From Kudoa neothunni (lineage: Eukaryota; Animalia; Cnidaria): DNA of 64,000 nucleotides. This document shows, one piece after another, positions 1-12,971 of the stretch. The notes under the pieces were generated by a model. The model ran no database searches. It saw only the letters and a program-made list of their open reading frames with translations, and was not told the origin of the DNA. Where the stretch lies: assembly GCA_964304625.1 (NCBI GenBank), contig OZ199840.1:5321200-5385199 (forward strand), in the 5' to 3' direction. Made by a program: the position numbers and the translations under genes. Position 1 is the first letter of the stretch. Every line of letters begins with the position of its first letter.

Positions 1-760
1 ACCACTAATTGGTAATCCCCTCAGGGCTGGGGAAAATTACGAATCGCACGTCCTTGACACCCAATTCGCAATAGCTTTGTGCGCGCACGATAAAAATAAA
101 ATAAGAAACTGACTTTTATTGATTCATCGATTTAAGGATATTCGTAATTTAGATCAAAACTAAAAAAATAATATAACACTCTTTTGATGAGCCCAAAATA
201 ATTGTTGTTATGGAAATAATATTAAAACTTTTTGGTTCCAATCGTATTTAATGTACGGAAAAATAATTTATTGGAAACTAGAGTAACCATGTCTGGGAAT
301 AATTTAAGAAGCGTTAAATGATAGAACAGCGCGGTCCAGTCGACATATTATATTTGATCCTCCTTATAATTTTCAAGAATTGTAAGAAGTTGAGTGTTCT
401 AATCTGTAATGATTCCTATGGGTACCGTGATAACTAGCTAGCTTCGACATGTGAACTAATTTTGTTTAAGTAGAACTATTTTTAAAGTCACGAAACTATC
501 CATATCTAACATTTTTGACATTATTTTCAGAAGAATCAATCTCATTTCTTTTTCTAATTATTTCGATGGACGATAATTCGATACTTTTTGACCTCATACA
601 CATGTTGATCAGCGTTTTCATCTTTTCCTTTCCACATTGAGCGTCATTTAGCTAGAAGCAATTGACTTTCAAATACGTGTTTAATTTGAGTCTAACTAAA
701 ATGCCATTTAAAGTTGAAATATAACCAATTTTGAAGTGTTTAATAATTTCTGTCTATCTG
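1..760 (-). mobile_element. Decayed pogo/Tigger (DDE_1, CENP-B-like) transposon, terminus cut by the window edge
   Basis: Minus strand reads ...TQLLTILENYKEDQI*YVDWTALFY, matching the pogo 'IYNxDETxLFY' block, with many stops. Bases 1-45 (taattggtaatcccctcagggctggggaaaattacg) resemble the reverse complement of the pogo-type terminus at 26450-26498. Confidence 0.6.
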
Positions 761-979
761 TCTGTCTATTCAAGGGCGGTATACTATCATAATATGTAAT
801 TATATCATATTTCTCTTGAAGCATTATAGATTTGTGAATTCTTTTTTGAGGCATTTAGAAATAATTACGAACTATCGGTTATTACACAATTTTAGAACTT
901 TTTATTTCGCAAAATAAAAAAATAACTTTTATATTTAATTAATAACTCATAATTCATGTTATTCAATAAATTTAACAGG

Positions 980-1946
980 ATGGATAAAGTTTTAAGGAAA
1001 GTTACGAATTATTGGTCCTGCGAATTAACGGCCATCTACTGTATTATTCTTTTTATTAAGATTCAATTCTACTCATATAGATCCAAATGCTTTCCATGAA
1101 ACTTGACATTGATAATGTGTTGCAGATCGTTGATGCTTATTTAAAGCGATTGGTAAATTATTTAAGTCGAGATATTCTTCTTTGACCCACACATTTTCAC
1201 TAGTCACTGAAAAAAGCAAACATGGGAAACAAAAAAGTCTTATTGTTATAGCACACCCATATAACCCCTTTTTTTCTCATATCACGAAATATTAAACGCC
1301 CTGATAATTGTCTTCCCTTTTAGTTGTTTGTGTTCTTAAAGAAAAGGAGTCGGACTACCATTTCTTATAATTTTTAATTTATCTTCATTAGGAACTTTTG
1401 AAAACTCTTCAATATATCCGATATCCATATTTGAAGAGATGAAATAAGATTAACAGGGGTACGCGCCCTTATGACAAGTAGGACAATAATTAGTATTATC
1501 TTTAGGTGATATTCCCAGTATAGTTGTCATATAGATTATCTTATTTCAAAGACGCCCTTTAATTAAAATTAAGAAAAAATTGAAGAAACATAATTTATTT
1601 GAATAAATAATGCACGCACAACTGGAATATTTTGGAAAGATCACGTGATTCCACAGTAGACAGAATTTATACTGTCTACGGTCGGCCTTTAAAAACACAG
1701 TTATGTGCAGAATGATGCGGCACATGCTAGTCTCGAAATTTTACGTGGAATTTTTACAGCGATTAGAAGGTAGAGTCGACTCGTGCCTACCTTGCTACTA
1801 ATACCTCGAATTTTTTGTAATTTTATAAGAATATTTGAATGATTATTGTGGTTTTGAGATAAAAGTGATTTTATCTTTATAAAATTAATTAATTTTTTTT
1901 TCGACAGGGTAAGCGCTACCTACCCCTACCCTGACGGCACGTGCCT
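980..1946 (-). mobile_element. Decayed hAT transposon, 5' part (TTF-type zinc finger, ZMYM1-like transposase N-terminus)
   Basis: Minus strand reads EEFSKVPNEDKLKIIRNGSPTP...LYGCAITIRLFCFPCLLFSVTSENVWVKEEYLDLNNL...KHQRSATH...FG, with stops and a frameshift. A GC-rich hAT-like end (taggcacgtgccgtcagggtagggg on the minus strand) lies at about 1920-1946. Confidence 0.7.
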
Positions 1947-2500
1947 AATACACACACATTAACATATATATATATATATATATATATAGATTTTGAAATA
2001 TATCAAATGATACTATTATATTAACACTATGTATTTATTTTTAATTATATAATAAGCTATTGAAACGACAAACAACAATTGTTGGATGATACCCCCAGAT
2101 CTGATAATTATTTTATATTAAACTGATAACCAAAGAATTACTAAAGAAATAATCTTTATGCGAAAATTCCGTGTGATAACAAAGAGATTTGTAAAAATGT
2201 AGGAATCATTAGTATTAATAATGCTATTGTAAATTAAATTAATTCACAATTTCTTGCACGTATAAGTGTCATGGTCTATTTGGAAAAATAATCGAATGCA
2301 ACTGGCATTAAAATAACATTAAAGTATCCTTATCTAAAACAGGTATGGCATATGTTTTCGATTAATTGAAAGAGATTAACTCCTATTTATAGATAAAATT
2401 GATAATATTGTTGTTTACAAGATAATAGATAAATAATAATGATAACAACCTAGATTCAACAATATTCCTCCAAGAGTTTATTAGAACTAGAATTAAATAA

Positions 2501-3434
2501 ATGGATATGTTGGTTTCTATAACTGTCGGATTGTTTTGTATGAATTGACATTATTTATATGGAATTGAGATCATTGTAGATTTTTCCAGCATGCGAATTA
2601 CTTCTCAAGAATCCAATGTAATGATATGTATATGTTGACGAATAACTAGAATTTAATGCAGATAGAGTTAGTTCAGGGGACCGACATCGATGTTTACAAT
2701 GCTCTGGTCTCTTTAAGATTTAAATTACTTTTTCAAGGAGTTGAAATGGTAGGATAAATTTACTATATACAATTCTTATGTTATTTTGATAGCAAAGGGT
2801 CATAGATATTGGCTTAAAAAACCAACAACAATTTGTTAATCTCTACCCTGACCCCGATGATACCTGCAAGACATTTGCTTATTGTGTACTAGGAACAGGT
2901 TTACCGCATTTGATTACATTTATTATGATACCTGGTTTTGGAAATAGTGGTTAGGCTAGTCACTCGATTCAAAAACATAAGGAGTTGCTTTCCATGCGTA
3001 GTAATTACAAATATTTTAAATATAAAAATTTTAATGCATTAGGTGATTATCTATTCCGACAAAATTGCAGAAGAAAGGAAACACCGTGCGATTGATTATA
3101 AGGTATTATAAAAATTACTTCATAAAATTCATGTGGATTTTTTGGAGGTAAAAATACATAATAATACAATCACGGGTTTTTTACATAGGATAGGGAAAGT
3201 TTTGTTCAACACGCGAAAGGTAAATGCGTATTTCATCATTATTGTGAACCACTTCCAGGTTATTGTTTATAAGTTAATTGAAGAAATTATAATAATATAA
3301 AAAAAATATTTTTAGCATGTGGATACAATTCCTTGGACTCATCGAACCCAATGAGGATGGGCAACTTTTTAGGAGCAAGTTCAGAATTCAGCGATCATGA
3401 ATTTAAAAAAATTACATTGGAATTTAGACCATAG
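2501..3434 (+). CDS. Cys-rich secreted family paralog 1 (8 exons; last-exon frame uncertain)
   Basis: Spliced: MDMLVSITVGLFYFSSMRITSQESN/IELVQGTDIDVYNALVSLRFKLLFQGVEM/QRVIDIGLKNQQQFVNLYPDPDDTCKTFAYCVLGT/VTRFKNIRSCFPCV/VIIYSDKIAEERKHRAIDYK/DRESFVQHAKGKCVFHHYCEPLP/...KKITLEFRP*. GT-AG introns fall at the same positions as in the other copies. Confidence 0.8.
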
Positions 3435-3949
3435 ATTATCATCATCTATTTGAGAAATTAACACGTTGTACTATTCTCGATTTGTGAATGAATTTTTCGA
3501 AAATAAATAATCAAATTATTTTTATTGACAATAAGAATTAATAAATTATTTATCTCTCTTAATATTTTATTTAAATATTAGTTATTATATTTTGACAACT
3601 AGTTGCAACATATTAATACTGCTTCAGGTATAAAAACTCGTTGCAAAGTTCAATACAAACATATTTTTCATTAACAATTAAAATTATGATTATATATATA
3701 TATATAAGGAAAATGTAAGCAGATTCAAAAAAAATTTAATGCAAAAATATTTAATACTATTATAGAACTATTATAAGTATAATTTATAATGTAAAAATAA
3801 TTGAATATTATCGTACATATTTAATTTAAATACAATATTTTATTATTTTAATAATGGGAAATATAATGCTTAATTATTTTAGAGAAGAATTGTAGAAATT
3901 ATTATAATATTTAATTTTTATGTTTGAATTTATTAAAAACATATAGTAA

Positions 3950-4450
3950 CATAACGACTTGGATCTTTAAAGATTTTTATAATTTACTTAAAAATTACAT
4001 AAAAAGTAACGATAATTCGTAGAAAATGTTTTCAACACTTCTGATAGTGGAAAAATAAAAGTAGTATATCTAGATAGGTTATAATATTTGTGTATTGTCC
4101 TAATTCAGAAAATTTAATGCTTGATTTTGTTCTTGTATTGATGTAATTATAATATGAAGTTTTGAATATACATTCAATAGTATTTCTCATAAAAATTCTG
4201 GATATAATATTAAAGGATATGACTTTCAAATATATAAAAAATAGTTAAAAAAGGAATATACTCTGTGATGTGGTTTTAAATGTGAGTAATCCATTAGAGC
4301 TTAACATATAAATGCGAAATTTATTAAAGTAAACTAAAAATTACTATATTTTATTTTGGTTCATTGTATATTAGTAAATATAATATGAAGGAAAATTTTT
4401 AACTTTTTCCTTGGATCATATGTAAATGGTAATTAGATAACAACGTGAGT
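3950..4450 (-). mobile_element. Highly decayed piggyBac transposase fragment
   Basis: ORF 4032-4229 (FNIISRIFMRNTIECIFKTSYYNY...) loosely follows the piggyBac 'mSRxRFxxIxxxLHF' block. Weak match. Confidence 0.35.
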
Positions 4451-4707
4451 TTTTCATCACTAAGTCCATTATTAAATAATTAACAATCATTTTAGTTTTC
4501 CTTGTATAGATTTATGTATCTCATTCTAATTAGACAATTATACTTGAAGTTGTATTAATCGTATTAATAATTTTTTTAAACTGATTAAAAATTTAATTAT
4601 TTCAACCCAATACAGATTTAATAATATTTAAAAAGAAAAAAGATGAACATAAGTAATCAGATATGTTCTTATTAATAATTTACAAGTTTCCTAAGCAATA
4701 AAATATA

Positions 4708-4897
4708 CGGTAGTCTTTGCATATTGCTTAAAAAATTAATGTTAATAACTAATAATCATATTCCATTTTTAAAATAATTAAAATAAAAACAAATTAGTAC
4801 AGAAATAATTTTATAATTTCATCCTATACTGCAAAACCTGAATATTGCGGATTAATTTGAATTCCCCGGTTTAGTGGACAGTATCCAAAGGCGACTG
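4708..4897. mobile_element. Possible pogo/Tc1-type MITE
   Basis: Imperfect terminal inverted repeats (cggtagtctttgcatattg versus reverse complement cagtcgcctttggatactg), with TA on both flanks. Confidence 0.35.
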
Positions 4898-5461
4898 TAA
4901 TAAATTATTACACATCAATCAACATGGTTTTTTTCATGCATAATCTTCTTAAAAAGCTTATTTTAGTTACTGTTAAGAAAAAAATTACCTTGTAAGTTTT
5001 ATTGAATCATATATTGAAAGTTTATTTTACGCTAGCTTTTGATTAAGTTAATGCAAACCAGCATACGTATTTCGAATTATAATTTAATTTTATTTATTAC
5101 ATAACCAACTTAAAAATTGAATATTTAATATAAATGTTTTAGAGTATTTACTCAATAAGTTAAAGACTAGAATAATTCCAGGAAATTCATTAAATTAACA
5201 ATTATTGACAATAGATACTATAATGATCTCCGAAAAGGAAGGATTTATTAATTTATAATTGGCCATATACTGTATTATACGTAATGAAGTCCAAAGTCGA
5301 TAAGCTAAAATTGTTATAATTTTTTTATTTTTAGCGATTAATAAAATTCTTTAAAAATCATAAAAAATGACTAAATTGTGTATATTTAAATATTTAGTTA
5401 ATTTTTATTCATTTAATTTACTCCATTACACCATTAATAATAAAATTTCGGTAAGGTTCTT

Positions 5462-5953
5462 ATTGTTTACAAAGTCAAACCCCTGGCGCAACTTGTTCGA
5501 TTATGAAGTTCGGGCTGGTTAGACCTCCATTTACGGTTTACGTACCGCAACGTCGTATTAAGACGACTTACATGTATGCGGTAGTGTGGGATTTTAATCC
5601 ACTAAACATCCTCATTTTGGAGCAACCATACCCTGGACTAACCCAGAATTAGTCTGGAAAATTCGTCTGAATGTGGGTATCGGCTCTACAGAAACCACTA
5701 ATGGGTTGTTTGGTTGCATTTCGTTCCTGTATCCCGGCGTTTAAGAGTTTATGACAACTTGAGATCTACCCTTCCGCCAGGCTCCCCTCCAGCTACAATC
5801 AAAGCCACGATAAATCGTAGATCATTGCGATTACTACAACCTTCTTACTTAATTTCGGATTAGGAGTACAGGAACGCCTGGACTTAGACTTCGAACTCGC
5901 AACCTCACGGTATGTTATCTCGACCTAACCTCAATATGTCATATTGTCCAGTT
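5462..5953 (-). mobile_element. tRNA-derived SINE, family A
   Basis: About 490 bp repeat, also at 15343-15839, 38871-39370 and in pieces near 58.8 kb and 60 kb. The minus-strand head has an A-box-like motif (tgacatattgagg) and a B-box (gagttcgaagtc). Degenerate TSD of about 21 bp: atttcggtaaggttcttattg (5445-5465) and atttcggtaacgtatttattg (5954-5974). Confidence 0.85.
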
Positions 5954-7205
5954 ATTTCGGTAACGTATTTATTGAATAAAAATGACTATCTGATTGTTGC
6001 TCAAAAGATTTGTAAACACCTACAGGATAACAAGCCGCATTTTTTATGAAAATGCAATGAATGAATATTAATTTCAGAATTTTACCATATTTAATCATAT
6101 TAAAATGTTATTATAGAAAATATTAAAACGATTATCTGGCAAACTCGAATAATTGTTTTGTGCACGTCCTTCGACGGTTAATATTATATATTTATTGCTA
6201 TAAAACTTATCTTGCTACATTTTTTATTTAAACATTGTTATTTTATAAAATATATCATGTTTCATCTAATATGTATTAATTTTATTTACATAGAGATAAT
6301 ATTTAATTTATCTTGTATGTGAAGCTTTTATCAACGAGCAGCATGCAAAGGTTTCAGATTAAAATATATTTTTATTCCAATAAAATTAATATAGATGTTG
6401 ATTACTAAATAAAGTAAACCTATACTAAAAGGAATAGAGAATTAATTTATAAGAAATTGTTATAATCAAAATTGATTGAGATTATTATTACTTAACAATA
6501 TTTAACAATAAATAGTTTTTAATTTATCCGATAACCGTGAGAATTTTTTTTATTTTTTATGACACTTTCATAATCGTATTTGCAAATATGATTATGAAAA
6601 AACGAGTTATTAAACAAAACTAAATAATTAATTGGTTAATAACGAATTTCCAATAAACTAAGTTTGGAAGAGAGATAAATAATTGCTTATTTATTTAATT
6701 TATTTGAAATAATTAATGTCACACGACAAATCATAAGTTATATCCAAACAAAAGTGTTCATGATAAAACATTTTTCTTACAGATATATAACGATAAAGTT
6801 TTATTTATATAATAAAATTTATTAAAAGGAGTAATTTTAACGTCATAATTATAGAGAAATATTCAAAATAATAGAATTCGTCCAACAATATGTCATAAAA
6901 TAATATTTAAATTGAAATATATTCAATTACAAATGGTGCATTAAACTGGATATATTTAATTTTTCAAAAAATAAAAAATAATCTTTTTATGGTTTAAATG
7001 TAATGTAATTACACATAAATATAGGTATTTAATTAATTGTTTCATCCAAAATGTTCAATTGTGGTTAATAATTAAATAAAGTTAACATAAAAACTGAATA
7101 TATTTATTATCTAATAAATGATAATTGTTTGTATTTATATGGTATGTGAGATATGGAGGATTATTACAATCTATTTTGATTTTGACGCCGCCATAACGAA
7201 GGAGA

Positions 7206-8148
7206 ATGAATATACCATACTATATTGTTTTATTTTGTATACAAATGATGAAATTTTGATTTAAATGATATATTTAGACATTCTATATATATACCACTCA
7301 TTGCAAGAATCCAATGTTTTTTCAATTTTATAAAATTATTATTACATAAATATTTAGTTTGATTTGTATCCCCCAACAATACCTATTTTAAGGCGTGTGT
7401 TAAACAAATTTCTTACAAAGATTTTATTTAGTGATGCTCAAAGAGTATATACTTTAAAAGTATTTATAATTAGGATTTTATAGCAACAAATAATCAAGGA
7501 TGGCTTGGCCAATTTGAAATGGTTTATCAATATGTATCCCGATCCAGGCGACACTTGCATTATCTTTGCCATTTGTGTTGGAGACACCAGTATTATTAAT
7601 TATTTAAACACTGCCAACAGTAATTTTTAATAGTCCATCGCTTTTTAAATGAAGATACATGCATGCCATGTGTAGTAATGTAAACACAAATATGACTTAG
7701 ATGTACTTCATATTAGATAGTGTTATATTTGGATTACTTGAAAACTTCGAGTCAAGATGGATCGCTAAATTTTAAGGTATATTGATGATTTATCGAATAT
7801 ATAAGAATGTCGACATATATTTTTTTAATGTTTCATTGATTGATTGTCCAATTAAACTATATCTAGGAGAGGGAAAATTTGCTTTTATCTTCTAAGGGTG
7901 TGTGTAATTCAATTGAATACTGCAACGGGTTACCGATTGACGTTGATAAAAGTATTTAAATTTATATTAAATAATATTTATAGATTATTATATTTTTTTT
8001 TCTTATTAAAAATTTAGTTCAATTGTTAAGCAACTATCAAACTGGTCAAAACATTGCTAATAACGCAATCAACGAAACTATGGCTATCCTTAGCAATGGT
8101 CACCCGTCACAAAAACTTAGATTAAGACTGGTGTTCTCGAAAGTATAA
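7206..8148 (+). CDS. Cys-rich secreted family paralog 2 (8 exons, intact)
   Basis: MNIPYYIVLFYILYIYHSLQESN/FDLYPPTIPILRRVLNKFLTKILFSDAQR/QQIIKDGLANLKWFINMYPDPGDTCIIFAICVGDT/IHRFLNEDTCMPCV/IVLYLDYLKTSSQDGSLNFK/ERENLLLSSKGVCNSIEYCNGLPIDVDK/IQLLSNYQ...QKLRLRLVFSKV*. Open through 7 GT-AG introns. Confidence 0.85.
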
Positions 8149-8688
8149 AACCAACTTATACTTCAACCATATTACGATTACGATCTATTCAGAAACTTTT
8201 TCGATTTATCATTATTTCTACAATTTATGGCAATTTATATAAGGCCCTTCTAATATATATTATTTCAATTTAAACATTAATGTAAATTTCAATTTTAAGA
8301 TATTACAAAATAATATTTCTAATTTGTCTCAATTTTAATCATAGCTAATTAAAGTTTACATTTTAATGTAAAATTGAGGGCTTATAACTACCCAATTTTT
8401 TGCACATTGTTATCAAAACTATTTGAGAAAATATTTTTAGTCAAATATATAATTTAATAATTTCTAGAAACTTGAATATAATACGCATGAAATCTAGAAA
8501 ATATATTTGTAAAACGAAATAATATATGATCACTTTCGTCATTGAAAGATGATAAAAGCAAAAGTTTATGCAAAAATTATAACATAAATTTTCAAAATAT
8601 TCCTTATTTAATCGATTTTTATAATAATTATTATTATAATTTGTTTATAAGTTATTTTAAGTGAAAAATTTAAAAAAATGAAACTTAA

Positions 8689-9350
8689 CCCTCTAAAAGA
8701 TTTGGGGTCCATAAGACTCTAGTTTTTTATTTGATAAATTAACTTGATATAATATATATATACATATATATATTATATTTGTTATTTTAAAAAATTTCTA
8801 CCGACTAAATTTGAAGAAAAAAAGCCAAACATCTGTATAATTAATCCGTTATACTATCATTGGCACTGTGTCGAGGTGGATCGCAATTAATCTTAATGTA
8901 AAATAGTTGCTATTTAAATTCTTTATTTGAGAAATAAAGAATTTAAATGAATGGAATTAATGATTATTATTTTTTGGTGAATATATTCGAGTCTATATTC
9001 TAAATGATTGTTCAAGAGCATATTGTTACTTTGCTCAAATAATTCCACGCGTCCCCGCTTTTCCTATACAAAATAAGAGTGAAAGTGATGAGTGTATTGA
9101 TGAATTTGAAGAAACCTATACGGAATCATCTGAAACGTTGATTGAATTGGTGGAATGTAGTAATACTGAAGACCTAATAATCAGTTAAAGTGGTCTTATG
9201 TGGAGTTTTAGTAAACCGATAACAACAGTAATCGGTGCAGAAACTATCATTAAAACCCGCCTGGACCTACTTTCTATCGCACTCGGCGTCTTAAAAGCAT
9301 ATTAGAAGCATGTGGATTGCTTTTCATCTTCTTCACAAACATAATTTGTG
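8689..9350 (+). mobile_element. piggyBac 5' remnant (PGBD4-like N-terminus)
   Basis: TTAA followed by CCCT terminus at 8685-8692; acidic N-terminus then SGLMWS...IIKT.PGPT.Y, typical of piggyBac transposases. Confidence 0.55.
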
Positions 9351-9750
9351 AATAAACATACAAATATATTAATTGTTTGGAAGATTTAATTTCAAATGTC
9401 TAAATTTAATTATTAACTAAATTCAAATAGAATATATTTACTTTTTATGATTCCATAAAGTTATTTTCTATGGTGATTGAAAGTTAACCATTTCTATTTT
9501 AATTAACGGTCAGTTGTGAATAATTATATCCTTATCAAAGATAAACGTTAATTAATTTAACCTTCGAGAATGCCAAAATCTACCATACATCAGGGCGTCC
9601 AATATTTGGGCTTTTTGTGGTCACCTTGGTTTTTTTTATTTTTCTTTATAATCTTGGGTTTGTTTGTAATTATTGAATTTAAATAACTTAACCTAATTTT
9701 TGATGATGTAAAGTTTGTCCTTAATAATTTTTTTATCACGTATCAGGCTA

Positions 9751-9935
9751 CAGTGGTAATGATAAAGTATGCGGAACCTAAAATACGCCGACTTACACAC
9801 ATTTTTCCACATTCCTTTTTTCATAATTGTTCATAATAAAATAATAGAATATGGAGAACGAAAATTCAGCTCAAAATAATAACTTTAAAATTTTATGAAT
9901 TTTTCATCTGAAATCGGTCGGATGTTGGATACACG
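9751..9935 (+). repeat. Tc1/mariner-type terminal segment, with an inverted homologue at about 50335-50505
   Basis: Starts TA|CAGTGGTAATGATAAAGTATGCGG; about 180 bp aligns by eye with the reverse complement of 50335-50505. Confidence 0.6.
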
Positions 9936-10539
9936 TGTAATCTGTATCTGTTTTCAACAAACATTGAATTATTTTGTTTCTTTCTTAGTTATTAACTTAA
10001 AAGTTATTTGATATTATTATTTAGTTTTTTACTATTGATATATAAGAATTTTATATAAACTAACCTTAAAAATAAACTTAGTGCCAGTTTCACAAAAACA
10101 TCTCATTTTTTTACAAAAAAATACTTTGTGAACTTTCAAATATAAATATTAATGTAGCACGATTTGTTTTAGTTTATAATTTTTTTAACTATATTTTTAT
10201 TGTTTAATAATTTTTTGATATGCCAAAAATTCCTAACAATATATTCAACAAAATATACTATTTGAGAATATTTTGAGATGTTAATGCAATATGCTAATAT
10301 ATGGTTTTTTTAGTACATACATAATCCACTAAAACTAATAATTTCATAGAATAACCAGTTTTCTTTTTTTTAGATTTTATTATAATATTTATACGTTTAT
10401 TAAGTGCTATATTTATTCTTTTACGCCTTAATTTTTATTTATCGACGAAAAAAATATACATATTTGAATAAGTAATTTAAACATAAAAACGATAGTTATT
10501 TGCTAAAAATACTTTTAAAAATTTCATAAAATGGGATAT

Positions 10540-12722
10540 TAGACGTTCCGATACCGGACATCTGGCATTCGTGGACCGGAATTTGTGCGTATGATAGAAA
10601 TCGAATGGAATTGCATAAATAACAAAAAATAACTCATAAAATATAAATTAGTTATTATGATAAATGTAGAAACAATTTCTACCGTTCATAAGACAGCATG
10701 AAGCATTACATTTCAAACATACTACTTGGGTTTTTCTTCCGAAAATTTTACATCTTCTTGGAAATGAAGTTACTTCAGGCAAGTGACCTATATTATCAAA
10801 TCTTATTTGATCGGATAATGAAATGTATTTTTCCGTGGTAATTTAATGTTTTCGTTGGTATTGTTTGGAGTGGGATAAATATTTGGGCGGCCTCGTTTAC
10901 GAATTTTTCTGGATAATTGATTTTTATATAAAAATGATTCACAAATTGAGTATGTAAAGGATAGTGGATCAAGAGTTTCCGCTTTTGAGGTATTGCGCAT
11001 TTTGCATTGTCTTCTATATAGCAACCATGAATTGGTTATCGACGTATTGATACACCAAAAAAATTCGCATGTAGAATTTTCTGTACTTGTGACTTAATCT
11101 ATAACGTGACATTAACATGTCAGACAGGTCAACACCTCCCATATTCTTGTTGTATTCTGATACGACAGCTGGACAATCTACTTTAACTCGCTTCTTTTGG
11201 CGCCTATCAAATCTGAATAAAGTTGTTAAAGGTTCAATAGCAGAATGAGTTGATGATAACGTCACGACTGAACCATCGTACCATTAAGGCAACACTAAAC
11301 TTTCATTAGCTTTTTTTTTTGGAAGCAAAGGACATTCTTTAATTCGATTATTCCGGATGGTTCCCACAGAATAAATGCCTCTTTTTTCCGATATTCTTTG
11401 CATCTTGAATGACGTAAACCAATTATCAAGGTACACTAGAAAATTTCTGTTTCTAGGAAGATGCTCACATAACTTGATCACATAATCTCCAGAGCTTTCA
11501 GCGACCATAGGGGGTTTACCGTCATAAAAACTAAAGTTACAAACCATACCACTTCTTTCATATAATGCAAAAACTTTAAAACCTCATTTTGTAGGTTTAT
11601 TTGGGGTATATTGTTTTGCTCTACATTTACCCTTGAGTGGAATCATCTGTTCATCCACCGAATTGATAGTTTCGAAACTGATTTTTAAAAACTACATTCT
11701 CAAATGTTCCAACAAGGGTTGAATTTTTGCAAATCGATCGAAGCATCGAGAAGATTGATCCTTTGTAATATTTTCGTTGTCGTTAAAATGTAAATATTTT
11801 GATATCTGCTCGAATCTATCTCTCGAAAAGACATCAGAAATGGGTCGATAATTAAAATATTTAGACCAATTACATCTGTAACGGGGTATTCGAACAATCC
11901 CCATCAAGATCAGAACTCCAAGGTAGCTTTCGATTTCTGGAGTAGAGGTTCTAAAGTATGAATTATTCTGGATTGCGTATCGATTTGATTCGACAACAAT
12001 CAATTCAAGCAGTTCATTATCGAATAATCTATTAAAATAATCTATGGGATAAATTAACCCGCTTAGATTTTCAAAATGATCGTTATTATTGGATAATTCC
12101 TGTGGCAAACCTATGTTGCTCAAGGTTTTTTTCCATTTTATTTCTGAATTAATTTTGGAATTATCTGATGACATATTCTTCTCTTTTCATATTTGATGAT
12201 ATAATCACTGGATCGTCGTGAGAATACGTATCTGGTTCATATATGTCAGCATCAGTTAGACCAATGATTTCTGATAATTTGTTTTCACTTCATTATTAGT
12301 CCGAATGTCAGGATCCATTGTGGCTAATCCAAATCCAGTCCACGAATGCCGGATGTCCGGTATACGGACACGCGTTAAACATTGTATTATTTCAAAAATC
12401 ATACACCGAATTCGTTTATAAATATATTTTCTTAATGAAATTGATTATTTACATTACGTAAAATTTTTATTTTGGTAAATCATGAAAACCCTAAACATTA
12501 TGATCAAATTCTTTTGAATGCTACAACGGTATCGTAGTTCTAACTTTAAATATCTAATTTAATGACTATAATGTTTAGTAATAATTGTGAAATCTATTAA
12601 TAAGAAACAACTACTTTAATATATTGTACCGATATTTATCATATTACTAAATTTCGCTTAAGTAAGTTTCAGAATTAGAGACAAGTTGCTGTCCTGTATA
12701 GGGGACATCCGGCACGAAAGAG
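10540..12722 (-). mobile_element. piggyBac transposon with frameshifted transposase (left end not resolved)
   Basis: ORF pieces contain SRDRFEQISKYLHFNDN, DEQMIP, YLDNWFTS, YNKNMGGVDLSD and a C-terminal Cys-rich domain. Right terminus ...ggcacgaaagag|TTAA. Internal inverted repeats of about 30 bp at about 10544-10578 and 12338-12372. Confidence 0.9.
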
Positions 12723-12971
12723 TTAACTATAAATAAACTTTAGGATTACACTTCATTATATTCAAATCTGAGAGTATGAGAGAATATAATGTGTTACATT
12801 TAATTTTTTATTAGGATATAATAGAAAATAATATAGAATTATGGTAGTTAAAAATATTAACCGGATAAATTTTTATGCATATTTTATCTATAATATGTAT
12901 TGTTTTATTTATCATTATCATTAATTATGTGATATCGCTTCAGCAGATAAATATTATTTATGTTGTTAAAC

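Noticed and set aside
1-100. snRNA or other structured ncRNA at the window start
   Set aside because: No match to spliceosomal snRNA motifs I know; better explained as a pogo-type terminus.
2840-2900. Chitin-binding peritrophin-A (CBM14) call, based on YPDPDDTCKTFAYC
   Set aside because: The downstream CPxGLxF...C..W pattern is absent, and CxxC plus amphipathic helices do not fit CBM14.
5870-5953. Functional tRNA genes at the SINE heads
   Set aside because: A/B-box-like motifs are present but there is no consistent cloverleaf, and each head is fused to a repeated body with a poly-A tail.
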